Assembly: GCA_026130045.1 (NCBI GenBank)
Contig: JAIBNX010000059.1
Coordinates: 14,913 to 38,912, forward strand
Source of the DNA: Micromonospora sp. CPCC 205371
Lineage (GTDB): Bacteria; Actinomycetota; Actinomycetes; Mycobacteriales; Micromonosporaceae
Reading direction: 5' to 3'
DNA length: 24,000 bases
Position numbers and translations under genes: made by a program. Of the stretch, positions 1-8,499 are shown piece by piece; positions within the stretch are counted from its first letter, which is position 1, and each line of letters opens with the position of its first letter. The notes beneath the pieces were generated by a model. It did no database searches and was not told where the DNA came from. It worked only from the letters and a program-made list of their open reading frames with translations.

Positions 1-29
1 ATCTGCCGCCGAAGGATTCCGGCGCGCGA

Positions 30-395
30 ATGCTTCTCGAAAACGCCATCGCCACATACGGCATCGACGATCCGGGCGAGCACCGCCGGGTGGCGAGTGA
101 GACGTACGAAATCGGCAGCGTCATCGAATGCGTCTCGCTGCTGCACGAGCGCGGACTGCCGACGCCGCTCGTGCTCGCCCCGTCGGACGTCGCGCTGGTC
201 TACAAGCCCGGCATGCGCTTCGGCGGCGCGGGCGTCGAGCACTCCCGCTGGGTGCCGCTGCACCACGAAGGCGCGCCGTTCCGGCTCGACGTGCACGTCA
301 CCACCGCGAACCCGCGCCCCCGCTACCTGCGCCCCCTCGTCGCCCTGCTGCAGAAGATCTGCGGGGACGAGCCGGGGCTCAGCGGTCCACTATGA
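30..395 (+). CDS. hypothetical protein, possibly 5'-truncated by the window edge
   Basis: The ORF has strong third-position GC bias. The frame stays open back to nt 3, so the ATG at 30 may not be the true start. I recognise no motif. The TGA at 393-395 overlaps the 3' end of convergent lutC by 17 nt. Confidence 0.5.
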   Translation: MLLENAIATYGIDDPGEHRRVASETYEIGSVIECVSLLHERGLPTPLVLAPSDVALVYKPGMRFGGAGVEHSRWVPLHHEGAPFRLDVHVTTANPRPRYLRPLVALLQKICGDEPGLSGPL

Positions 396-993
396 CCACG
401 TCGAGGCGGCGCGGTCCGTGTACGCCCTCGACGCGGTTCAGCTCGATGTCGCTGGTGGCGGACGGCCCCGACACCAGCGTGAGGGGCCGTGTCGGGTCGG
501 CCAGTCGCCGCAGCGCCTGCGGCACACCGCCCACGATCTGTCCGCTGTGGACGACGCATATGTGGTGGTCGGGCACCAGGGTCAGCGCCCGCCGGCCCTG
601 GTCGGGGCCGGCGTCGAGAATGAGCGTGCCGGTCTCGGCGACCGCCACCGCGCATCCGGTCACGACCGCCACCCCCGGCGCGTCCAGGTCGGCCACCGCG
701 AGGGGCCGCGGCTCGTCGCGCAGCACTTCGCCCTGGTACGCGGACAGCCACCCCTCCGGCACCCCAGAGGGAGCGACGATCCGCTCGGTGCCGGCCAGCA
801 CCTCGGCGAGCACGCCGCCCAGGCCCTCGACCGAGCAGCGCCGCACCGTCGCCTTGTAGTCCACGAGCCGGTCGACCAGCATCTCCACCAGGTCGTCCGG
901 GGCCCGCGCCACCTCGTACTCCCGCGGCACCACGACCTGCTCCGCGGGCCGAGCAGCCCGCACCCGTCGCAGAATCTCCTCACGAGCGCTCAC
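379..993 (-). CDS. lutC: lactate utilization protein C (LUD domain, LutC/YkgG family)
   Basis: It is the last gene of a lutA-lutB-lutC array, and its sequence has the LUD-domain pattern (VAETGTLIL...PDHHICVV...GPSATSDIE). I place the start at GTG 993 (Val34 of the track ORF, VSAREEILRRV). This gives a 14-nt overlap with the lutB stop (980-982); the track start at 1092 would run 110 nt into lutB. Confidence 0.8.
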   Translation of the reverse strand: MSAREEILRRVRAARPAEQVVVPREYEVARAPDDLVEMLVDRLVDYKATVRRCSVEGLGGVLAEVLAGTERIVAPSGVPEGWLSAYQGEVLRDEPRPLAVADLDAPGVAVVTGCAVAVAETGTLILDAGPDQGRRALTLVPDHHICVVHSGQIVGGVPQALRRLADPTRPLTLVSGPSATSDIELNRVEGVHGPRRLDVVIVDR

Positions 994-2386
994 GGGCCCA
1001 CCATTCGCGGAAGGTCTGCTTTGGGGGGAGCGGCGCGTCGCGGGCGGCTGTCCACGCCGACATGGGCCACGGGAGGCGGCGGACCGTCCCACCGGTCACC
1101 CAGCGCAGGGGAGCCGCGCCTCGGCGGGCCGCGCGCAGGGCGGCGGCGTACCGGCGGCGGCTCCGCATGGTCCACGACAGCGCGCGCATCGCGGCGCGCT
1201 CGGCGGCCGGGTGCGGCCCGGTCTGCCGCAGGTGCACCAGCACCTCGGGAATGTTGATCCGCACGGGGCAGGCGTCGTAGCAGGCACCGCACAGCGTCGA
1301 CGCGTACGGCAGGGTGTGGTTGGCGCCCTCGCCGCTCATCTGAGGGGACAGGATCGCGCCGATCGGTCCCGGGTACACCGAGCCGTAGGCGTGCCCGCCG
1401 ACCCGCTCGTAGACGGGGCACACGTTGAGGCAGGCGGAGCACCGGATGCAGCGCAGCGCCTGCCGGCCGACGTCGTCGGCGAGCGTGTCGGTGCGCCCGT
1501 TGTCGACGAGCACCACGTGTACCGTCTGCGGCCCATCGCCGGGCGTCACGCCCGTCCACAGTGACGTGTACGGGTTCATCCGCTCGCCCGTCGACGAGCG
1601 CGGCAGTAGCTGGAGGAAGACCTCCAGGTCGCGGAACGTCGGCACCAGCTTCTCGATGCCGACCACGGAGATGAGCGTCTCCGGCAACGTGAGGCACATC
1701 CGGCCGTTGCCCTCGGACTCGACCACGGCCAGTGTGCCCGACTCGGCGACCGCGAAGTTGGCGCCGGAGATCGCGACCTTGGCGGAGAGGAACTTGGCGC
1801 GTAGGTGCCGCCGGGCCGCCTCGGCGAGGGCGGGCGGGTCGTCGGTGAGCGCGGTCAACCCGTTGCGGGCGAAGATGTCGCGGATCTGGGAGCGGTTGTA
1901 GTGGATGGCCGGCACCAGGATGTGCGAGGGCGTGTCGCCGGCCAGTTGGACGATCAGCTCGGCGAGGTCAGTCTCGACGGCGGCGATGCCAGCCGCTTCG
2001 AGCTCCTCGTTGAGCCCGATCTCCTGGGTGGCCATCGACTTGACCTTGACGACCTCGGTGGCGCCGGTGGCGCGTACCAGATCGGTCACCAACGCGGCGG
2101 CCCCAGCGGCGTCGCGGGCCCAATGCACGACGGCGCCCGCCGCGGTGGCCGCCGCTTCGAACTGCTCCAGCAGTTCCGGCAGCCGCGACAGCACATCGTC
2201 TTTGATGGCCGCGCCGGCGACCCGCAGTGCCTCCCAGTCGGGCACCTCGGCGACCACCCGCAGCCGCTTGTCACGGATGGTGTGGGTGGCCCGGCGCAGG
2301 TTGGCCCGCAGTTGGGCGTCGGCCAGCTTCTCCTTGGCGGCGGCCGGGAAGGGCCGCCGCGCCACGATGTTCCCGCCGCCCGTCAC
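980..2386 (-). CDS. lutB: lactate utilization protein B, iron-sulfur LUD-domain protein (LutB/YkgF family)
   Basis: 468 aa with two ferredoxin-type Cys clusters (CIRCSACLNVCP and CGACYDACP) downstream of a LUD-type domain. Its start shares an ATGA overlap with the lutA stop at 2383-2386. Confidence 0.9.
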   Translation of the reverse strand: MTGGGNIVARRPFPAAAKEKLADAQLRANLRRATHTIRDKRLRVVAEVPDWEALRVAGAAIKDDVLSRLPELLEQFEAAATAAGAVVHWARDAAGAAALVTDLVRATGATEVVKVKSMATQEIGLNEELEAAGIAAVETDLAELIVQLAGDTPSHILVPAIHYNRSQIRDIFARNGLTALTDDPPALAEAARRHLRAKFLSAKVAISGANFAVAESGTLAVVESEGNGRMCLTLPETLISVVGIEKLVPTFRDLEVFLQLLPRSSTGERMNPYTSLWTGVTPGDGPQTVHVVLVDNGRTDTLADDVGRQALRCIRCSACLNVCPVYERVGGHAYGSVYPGPIGAILSPQMSGEGANHTLPYASTLCGACYDACPVRINIPEVLVHLRQTGPHPAAERAAMRALSWTMRSRRRYAAALRAARRGAAPLRWVTGGTVRRLPWPMSAWTAARDAPLPPKQTFREWWARERS

Positions 2387-3081
2387 GATGCCGCCAGGAT
2401 CCCGGCGTAGTGGATGGGTTTGGCGCCCGCGTCATGGCGGGAGAGGCCGCCGCCGATGTGCGCCAGGCAGGAGTTGTCGACCGCGGCGACGTACTCCGCT
2501 CCGGTGTCGACGATGGCGTCGCACTTGTCGGCGAGCATCGCGCCCGAGACGCCGGCGTTCTTCATCGCGAACGTGCCACCGAACCCGCAGCACTCCTCGG
2601 CGCCGGGCAGATCGATCAGCTCCAGCCCGCGCACCGCCCGCAGCAGGGCGCGCGGCCGGTCGCCGAGGCGAAGCATGCGCAGGCCGTGGCAGGTCGGGTG
2701 GTAGGTGACCCGGTGCGGGAACGCCGCGCCGACGTCGGTCACTCCGAGCACGTCGACCAGCAACTCGGACAGCTCGTAGGTGCGGCCGGCCACCGAGGCC
2801 GAGCCGGGCACCAGGCGCGGATACGAGTCACGGACCATCGCCACGCACGAGCCCGACGGTGCGACCACCGCGTCGTACGGATCGAACGTCTCCACGAAGT
2901 TGCGCGCGAGCGGCAGCGCCTCGGCGCGGTATCCGCTGTTGGCGTGCATCTGGCCGCAACAGCTCTGCCCGGCGGGGAACTCGACGGTGTGTCCCAGCCG
3001 CTCCAGGACGCGCACGACCGCCTTGCCGGTGTCGGGGAACACCAGGTCGTTTACGCAGGTCACGAACAGCGCGATCTTCAT
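2383..3081 (-). CDS. lutA: lactate utilization protein A, (Fe-S)-binding CCG-domain oxidoreductase (LutA/YkgE family)
   Basis: 232 aa starting MKIALFVTCVNDL, with two cysteine-rich CCG motifs (QSCCGQ and EECCGFGG). ATGA overlap with the upstream GntR gene at 3078-3081. Confidence 0.85.
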   Translation of the reverse strand: MKIALFVTCVNDLVFPDTGKAVVRVLERLGHTVEFPAGQSCCGQMHANSGYRAEALPLARNFVETFDPYDAVVAPSGSCVAMVRDSYPRLVPGSASVAGRTYELSELLVDVLGVTDVGAAFPHRVTYHPTCHGLRMLRLGDRPRALLRAVRGLELIDLPGAEECCGFGGTFAMKNAGVSGAMLADKCDAIVDTGAEYVAAVDNSCLAHIGGGLSRHDAGAKPIHYAGILAAS

Positions 3082-3734
3082 ATCGGCCGTGCCGCGAAGT
3101 AGGGGAGGTGGCGCTCGCGGGCGGCCGAGATGTGCTGGCGCATGGCGGTGCCGGCGGCGTCCGGGTCGCGGTCGGCGATCGCGTCGACCACCAGGTGGTG
3201 CTCGCGGGCGCTGATGCCGTAGTGGGCGGGCGGGAAGTGCAGCCGGAAGAGGTGCAGGTGCGACCGGAGCCGCACGATCGCCTCGTGCAGCATCCGGTTG
3301 CCGGCCAGCTCGGCGAGCAGGTGGTGGAAGCGGGCGTCCTGCGCGGTGAACGCGGCGATGCCGGCGTCGCGGTCCGGCAGGTCGGCCTCGGTGCGCAGCG
3401 CGCCGGCGCCGACATCGCCGGCCGCGGCGCGCCGGGCGGCGGCCGGCTCCAGGATCAGGCGCATCTCGACGAGCTCCTCGAACTCGGCGCGGGTGAGCAG
3501 GGGAGCGGCGGTGTATCCGGCCAGCGGGCGCTTGCGGACCAAACCGTCGGCCTCCAGCCGGGCGAGCGCTTCGCGCACCGGCGTCGGTGAAACCTCGAGC
3601 TGCCGGGCGAGGGCATCGATGTTGATGCGTTCTCCCGGTGCCACCACATGGTCCATGATCAGCGCTTGCACCGAGGTGTACACATCCTCGGTGAGCGTGA
3701 GGCGCCGGGCGGGCCGGATGGGTGACATGATCAA
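3078..3734 (-). CDS. GntR-family (FadR/FCD subfamily) transcriptional regulator, first gene of the lut operon
   Basis: N-terminal winged-HTH pattern (INIDALARQLEVSPTPVREALARLEADGLV) followed by an all-helical FCD-like C-terminus. Translationally coupled to lutA. Confidence 0.85.
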   Translation of the reverse strand: MIMSPIRPARRLTLTEDVYTSVQALIMDHVVAPGERINIDALARQLEVSPTPVREALARLEADGLVRKRPLAGYTAAPLLTRAEFEELVEMRLILEPAAARRAAAGDVGAGALRTEADLPDRDAGIAAFTAQDARFHHLLAELAGNRMLHEAIVRLRSHLHLFRLHFPPAHYGISAREHHLVVDAIADRDPDAAGTAMRQHISAARERHLPYFAARPI

Positions 3735-3736
3735 AG

Positions 3737-3748
3737 ATCCTATAGGAT
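3737..3748. promoter_or_regulatory. perfect 12-bp palindrome ATCCTATAGGAT, candidate GntR operator in the divergent promoter region
   Basis: Read directly from the sequence. It sits 3 nt upstream of the GntR start codon, in the 33-bp gap between the GntR-lutABC operon and the lactonase gene. It is AT-rich in a GC-rich genome. GntR/FadR operators are typically short palindromes with a T/A core. Confidence 0.4.
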
Positions 3749-3767
3749 TGCCGAGACTCTAGGAAGG

Positions 3768-4841
3768 GTGCTCGCGCTCTGGTTTGATCTCTTTGTGACT
3801 GCCGAGGGTGAGATTCTCTTCATCGGGTGTTACACGCGAGAGACCGGGGGCGAAGGAGCCGGCATCACCGCTGCGCGGCGAGATCCCGGCACCGGTGCCC
3901 TCACGCCGCTCGGCGTCGTGGCGCGTACGCCGTCTCCCTCGTTCCTGACCTGGCACCCGACCCTCCCCGTCCTCTACGCCGTCAACGAGTTCGTCGAGGG
4001 CGCCGTCAGCGCGTGGGCGGTCGAGGGTGCCAGCCTCAGCCCGCTCGGCACGGGAGAGACCGGTGGCGCCCACCCGTGCCACCTCGCGGTGACACCCGAC
4101 GGCCGGCATCTGGTCACCGCCAACTACACCAGCGGCAGCGTCGCGGTACACCGGCTGGATGGCACGGGGGCGCTGGGCGAGCGCACCGACCTGCTGGTGC
4201 ACGACGGCGCCGGTCCTGACCCGAAACGGCAGGAGCGGGCGCACGCGCACATGGTCTCGCCGAACCCCGGCGGTGGCGCGATCCTGGTCGTCGATCTGGG
4301 CACCGACGCCGTGTACCGGTACGAGGTGGAGCACGCGACAGGGCGGCTGGTGCCGCTCGCGCCGCGGGTGCGAACGCACGCGGGCGCCGGGCCGCGTCAC
4401 CTCGCCAGGCACCCCGACGGCAAGCGCGCGTACCTGGTCGGCGAGCTGGACGCCTCGGTGACCGCGTACGAGATGGACGGGGCGAGCGGGGTCCTGCACG
4501 AGCGGTCCAGGGTGACCGCGAGCGAGCATCCGGACGCGCAGCCGTCCGAGATCGCGGTGCGCCCCGACGGGCGGTACCTCTACGTCGCCATCCGAGGCGC
4601 GGACACCATCTCGGTGATCGCTCTCGATGGACCGGCGCCCGCCTACGTGACCGAGGTACCCACCGGCGGGCACTGGCCGAGGCACTTCGCGATCATCGGC
4701 GAGCACCTGTACGTAGCGAACGAACGGTCACACACCGTAGTCGCCTTCCGCCTCGACGGGGAATCCGGTGTCCCCCAGGAACCGGGTGTAGTGACGCAGT
4801 TGCCCAGCCCAACGTGCGTTTTGCCCGCTAAGTCCTTGTAG
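3768..4841 (+). CDS. lactonase-family 7-bladed beta-propeller protein (6-phosphogluconolactonase / muconate-lactonizing-enzyme-like)
   Basis: The sequence pattern is typical of the Lactonase family (ILFIGCYT...LTWHPTLPVLYAVNE...HLAVTPDGRHLVTANYTSGSVAV...PRH...HPDGKRAYLVGELD...RPDGRYLYVA). An alternative start at GTG 3795 is possible. Confidence 0.75.
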   Translation: MLALWFDLFVTAEGEILFIGCYTRETGGEGAGITAARRDPGTGALTPLGVVARTPSPSFLTWHPTLPVLYAVNEFVEGAVSAWAVEGASLSPLGTGETGGAHPCHLAVTPDGRHLVTANYTSGSVAVHRLDGTGALGERTDLLVHDGAGPDPKRQERAHAHMVSPNPGGGAILVVDLGTDAVYRYEVEHATGRLVPLAPRVRTHAGAGPRHLARHPDGKRAYLVGELDASVTAYEMDGASGVLHERSRVTASEHPDAQPSEIAVRPDGRYLYVAIRGADTISVIALDGPAPAYVTEVPTGGHWPRHFAIIGEHLYVANERSHTVVAFRLDGESGVPQEPGVVTQLPSPTCVLPAKSL

Positions 4842-4898
4842 CTCTATAACGACAATTAACAGTGTCAGTTGAACTCTGCCCCGAAAAAGCATGGTTTG

Positions 4899-4926
4899 TT
4901 GAAGATTGCGGGAGCAAGGATAGACT
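4899..4926 (+). promoter_or_regulatory. candidate sigma-70-type promoter (TTGAAG - 16 nt - TAGACT) for the VWA gene
   Basis: Hexamers read at 4899-4904 and 4921-4926, in the only AT-rich stretch of this intergenic region. This is pattern matching only. Confidence 0.25.
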
Positions 4927-4934
4927 GAGTGGAA

Positions 4935-4993
4935 ACGTTCGGCTACGGACCGCTACCGCGGATGTTTCTCATCCGTAACTTTCGGCCGAACGT
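4935..4993 (+). promoter_or_regulatory. nested-hairpin leader element upstream of the VWA gene
   Basis: The outer stem ACGTTCGGC (4935-4943) pairs with GCCGAACGT (4985-4993). The inner stem CGGATG (4959-4964) pairs with CATCCG (4970-4975) around a TTTCT loop. The element lies between the candidate promoter and the start codon. Confidence 0.35.
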
Positions 4994-5023
4994 ACCTGGC
5001 AGGTCGGCCGGTGTCTGCGCAGT

Positions 5024-6781
5024 ATGGGGACCGTGCCGGGTCGCCATCGCATGCGTAGAGACTTCCGCGGAGCAGGCGCCATCGCAGCAGCGGTGGCGCT
5101 TGTCGTCGTGGTGGGTGGGTCGTGGTTTGGATATCAGGAGCTGGCTGGCAACCGCTGCAGCGGCGAGGTGAAGCTTGCCGTGGCAGCTCCGGTTGAGATC
5201 GCACCGGCTGTCCGTTCCACCGCCGACAAGTGGGCCGACGAGGGCGGTGACGTCGACGGCACGTGCGTGATCGTCTCGGTCGCCGAGGTCAACCCCGTCG
5301 ACATGGCGGCGGCGGTGGCGGCCGACCACGGCATCGGCCTCGCCGGCGTCGGCGGTGCCAGCGGCACCACGGTCATCCCGGATGTCTGGTTGCCCGACTC
5401 CTCCACCTGGCTGGTCCGGCTCAAGGCGGCCGCCCCTGGCTTCACGCCGACCGACGAGGCCTCGATCGCGCGCAGCCCTGTCGTGGCGGCCATGCCGGAG
5501 CCGGTGGCCGAGGGCTTCGGCTGGCCGGAGAAGAAGGTGGGCTGGACCGACCTGCTTCAGAAGGTCAACTCCGACGCCACCGTGCGCACCGGCATCGTCG
5601 AGCCCACCCGCGACGCGGCCGGCCTCTCCGGGCTGCTGTCGCTGGCGTCCGCCGCCGGCAACGCCCAGGAGACCCGGGTCGCGGCCCTGCGGTCGCTGGC
5701 CACCGGCCGCTCCGCGCTGCGCGACGACCTGCTGGCCAAGTTCCCGCAGGCCGCCGACGCGTCCTCGCTGGCCTCCGGCCTGAGCGTCGCCGCGCTGTCG
5801 GAGAAGGACGTCATCGCGTACAACGCGAGGAAGCCGCCGGTGCGGCTGGCCGCGCTGTACGTCGAGCCCACCCCGGCGCCGCTCGACTACCCATTCGCGA
5901 TCATGCCGGGCATCGATCCAGGCAAGGTCGCCGCGGCCAACGCGCTCCACAAGGTGCTCAACACCAAGGGCTTCCGCGACCAGCTCGGCGCCCAAGGCCT
6001 GCGCGCGCCGGACGGCACATGGGGCTCCGGGTTCTCGCCGCCGACCGGCGCACCCAGCCCCGCCGGCGTCCCGCCATCGCAGAACGCGAACCCGGGCGGC
6101 TCGGCCGCGGCCGGCCTCGACGCCGGTGCGGTCGAAGGCACGCTGGCCACCTGGACGGCGGTCACCGCGCCCGGCCGGATGCTTGCGATCATGGACGTGT
6201 CCGGCTCGATGCTGGAGACGGTGCCGGAGGCCAACAATGCCACCCGGATGCAGGTGACGCTGGCGGCCGCCGAGCGCGGCCTATCCCTCTTCGACGACTC
6301 GTGGGCGCTCGGCCTGTGGATCTTCTCCACCGAGCTTCAGGGCAGCCGGGACTACCGCGAACTGGTGCCGATCGGGCCGCTGAGCAGTGGGCGCGACCGG
6401 GCGCTCAACCAGCTGCGGCAGATCACTGCCAAGAGGGGCGGCGCCACCGGCCTGTACGACACGCTGCTCGCCGGGTACAAGGCGGTGCAGGATGGCTGGC
6501 AGGCCGGCCGCATCAACTCCATCGTCATGTTCACCGACGGCAAGAACGAGGACGACAACGGGGTCAGCGAAGCCAGCCTGCTGAACCAGCTCAAGGACCT
6601 CAACGATCCCAAGCGGCCGGTGCAGGTGATCATCCTCGGTATCGGTGACGGCGTCGACCAGGGACAGCTGGAGCGCATTACGAAGACGACCGGTGGCGGC
6701 GTCTTCATCGCCAAGGACCCGACGAAGATCGGTGACATCTTCCTGAAGGCTCTGGCGCTGCGCCCGGCGGCTCCTCGGTAA
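5024..6781 (+). CDS. solute-binding-like domain + von Willebrand factor A (VWA) domain protein, N-terminally membrane-anchored
   Basis: The N-terminus is basic then hydrophobic (RRDFRGAGAIAAAVALVVVVGG). The C-terminal VWA domain has a MIDAS DxSxS motif (DVSGS, nt 6194-6208) and a TDGKNED motif. The start could instead be ATG 5051. Confidence 0.8.
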   Translation: MGTVPGRHRMRRDFRGAGAIAAAVALVVVVGGSWFGYQELAGNRCSGEVKLAVAAPVEIAPAVRSTADKWADEGGDVDGTCVIVSVAEVNPVDMAAAVAADHGIGLAGVGGASGTTVIPDVWLPDSSTWLVRLKAAAPGFTPTDEASIARSPVVAAMPEPVAEGFGWPEKKVGWTDLLQKVNSDATVRTGIVEPTRDAAGLSGLLSLASAAGNAQETRVAALRSLATGRSALRDDLLAKFPQAADASSLASGLSVAALSEKDVIAYNARKPPVRLAALYVEPTPAPLDYPFAIMPGIDPGKVAAANALHKVLNTKGFRDQLGAQGLRAPDGTWGSGFSPPTGAPSPAGVPPSQNANPGGSAAAGLDAGAVEGTLATWTAVTAPGRMLAIMDVSGSMLETVPEANNATRMQVTLAAAERGLSLFDDSWALGLWIFSTELQGSRDYRELVPIGPLSSGRDRALNQLRQITAKRGGATGLYDTLLAGYKAVQDGWQAGRINSIVMFTDGKNEDDNGVSEASLLNQLKDLNDPKRPVQVIILGIGDGVDQGQLERITKTTGGGVFIAKDPTKIGDIFLKALALRPAAPR

Positions 6782-6957
6782 ACGCCCAATCGGGGCTCTC
6801 ACCTGGCCATTCGGCTCGTTTGCCGGCGTGAACTGACAGGTTTCCGTCGGAAGTCCCACGGGCGGTCGCGGGTGCGCGAAGATAACTTGGTCTTCCGGCC
6901 CGGGCACTCCTCGGCGACCGGATATCGCGTCGACAAGAGCAAGCTGGGGGAGGGCTG

Positions 6958-8463
6958 GTGACGTCGGCGACTCTCCTGACGCCCGCCAGGGTCGGTCTTG
7001 AGTCCACATTAGTGACTCCGGCAGCGCGTGTGCGCGCCCGGATGCGGGCTTACGCCCGCGCGTTGATGCTTATCGATGGCGCCATCGTCGCCCTGGCGGT
7101 GGTCGCTGGATACTTCGGACGGTTCAACTTCACCTTGGAACCGCTCGGCGGCGCACTGCCGTACGGATCTGAGATCCCGTACGCGGTGCTGTGCCCAGTT
7201 CTCGTGCTCGCCTGGCTCGCCAGCCTGAAGGTGCTTCGCGGCTACGACCTCAACGTGCTCGGGTACGGGGCCGACGAGTACCGGCGGGTGACCTCGGGCA
7301 GCCTGCGCCTGGCCGGTGCGGTGGCGATCCTCGCCTACATCGCGGGCGTCGGCGTGGCCCGTGGCTTCCTGGCGCTGTCGTTCGCGGGCGGCACGATCGG
7401 CTTGGTCACCGGGCGGTACGTGGCCCGCAAGTGGCTGCACCGGGCCCGCACCCGGGGCGCCGGATGGTCGCGCCGCGTGCTGGTCGTCGGCGACGCGCCG
7501 CACGTACTGGAACTGGTGCGCACCCTGCGGCGCGAGCCGTACGCCGGATACCGGGTCGTCGGCGCGTGCATCCCCGACGCGCTGCTCGCACCCGTGCCGC
7601 AGCGGCTGGGTGACGTGCCGGTGGTCGGTTCGTTCCGCAGCATCCTGGAGTCAGCCGCCGCCACCGGCGTCGACACCGTCGCGGTGACCGCCTCTGGTGA
7701 GCTGACCGCCGCCCGCCTGCGCCGGCTCGGCTGGCAGCTGGAGGGCACCAACATCGACCTGGTGCTCGCGCCCGCGCTGACCGACGTCGCCGGCCCGCGC
7801 ATCCACACCCGACCGGTCGCCGGGCTGCCGCTGATCCACGTGGAGGCGCCCGAGTTCCGCGGCACCCGCAAGCTCGTCAAGGGCTTGGTCGACCGGGCCA
7901 GCTCGGCCATCGCTCTGCTGCTGGCGCTGCCGCTGCTGCTCGTGATCGCGATCGCCATCAAGCTCGACAGCAAGGGGCCGGTGATCTTCCGGCAGATCCG
8001 CGTCGGGCAGGGCGGCCGCGAATTCGGGGTCTACAAGTTCCGGACCATGGTCGTCAACGCCGACGAGATGCTGGCCAAGCTGGCCGCACGCAACGAGCAC
8101 GACGGGCTGCTGTTCAAGATGCGCAAAGACCCGCGGGTCACCCGGGTCGGGCGCATCCTGCGCAAGTACTCCCTCGACGAACTGCCCCAGCTCATCAACG
8201 TGCTGATCGGCGACATGAGCCTGGTCGGCCCGCGCCCGCCGCTGCCGTCCGAAGTGGCCCGATACGACGGCGACATCGCGCGGCGGCTGCTGGTCAAGCC
8301 CGGCATCACCGGGCTGTGGCAGGTCAGCGGCCGGTCCGACCTCTCGTGGGAAGACGGCATCCGGCTCGACCTGTACTACGTGGAGAACTGGTCGCTGGCC
8401 TCCGACGTGGTCATCCTCTGGAAGACCATCGGCGCGGTCGTCGGGAGCCGAGGGGCGTACTAG
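6958..8463 (+). CDS. exopolysaccharide/glycan-initiating polyprenyl-phosphate sugar-phosphate transferase (WbaP/CpsE bacterial sugar transferase family)
   Basis: Multi-TM N-terminus, a Rossmann-like middle region (RVLVVGDAPHVLELV), and the hallmark C-terminus (KGPVIFRQIRVGQGGREFGVYKFRTM...DELPQLINVLIGDMSLVGPRPP). GTG start preceded by GGGGGAGGG. Confidence 0.9.
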   Translation: MTSATLLTPARVGLESTLVTPAARVRARMRAYARALMLIDGAIVALAVVAGYFGRFNFTLEPLGGALPYGSEIPYAVLCPVLVLAWLASLKVLRGYDLNVLGYGADEYRRVTSGSLRLAGAVAILAYIAGVGVARGFLALSFAGGTIGLVTGRYVARKWLHRARTRGAGWSRRVLVVGDAPHVLELVRTLRREPYAGYRVVGACIPDALLAPVPQRLGDVPVVGSFRSILESAAATGVDTVAVTASGELTAARLRRLGWQLEGTNIDLVLAPALTDVAGPRIHTRPVAGLPLIHVEAPEFRGTRKLVKGLVDRASSAIALLLALPLLLVIAIAIKLDSKGPVIFRQIRVGQGGREFGVYKFRTMVVNADEMLAKLAARNEHDGLLFKMRKDPRVTRVGRILRKYSLDELPQLINVLIGDMSLVGPRPPLPSEVARYDGDIARRLLVKPGITGLWQVSGRSDLSWEDGIRLDLYYVENWSLASDVVILWKTIGAVVGSRGAY

Positions 8464-8478
8464 CCGCCCTTCTCTCCG

Positions 8479-8499
8479 TGATCAAGGACGCCTTGATCA
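8479..8499. terminator. hairpin TGATCAAGG-ACG-CCTTGATCA between convergent genes, probable bidirectional terminator
   Basis: Perfect 9-bp stem with a 3-nt loop, 16 nt after the sugar-transferase stop. The right arm contains the PP2C gene's stop codon (complement of 8497-8499). Confidence 0.6.

Noticed and set aside
97-1257. 386-aa plus-strand ORF (with 128-859 and 323-751) overlapping lutC/lutB
   Set aside because: The translation is Arg/Ala/Pro/Ser-rich nonsense typical of off-frame or antisense reading of high-GC genes. The opposite strand encodes well-recognised LutB/LutC.
3759-4706. 315-aa minus-strand ORF antisense to the lactonase gene
   Set aside because: Low-complexity Arg/Gly/Val/Pro-rich translation with no motifs. 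The plus-strand frame has a clear lactonase family pattern and GC3 bias.
4935-4993. tRNA-like appearance of the nested hairpins
   Set aside because: There is no T-arm or D-arm. The inner stem has a 5-nt loop, and if drawn with a 7-nt loop it has a pyrimidine at position 37. The overall length and geometry do not fit a cloverleaf.
4943-5995. 350-aa minus-strand ORF antisense to the VWA gene
   Set aside because: High-GC antisense artefact. The plus-strand product has a coherent anchor and MIDAS-containing VWA domain.
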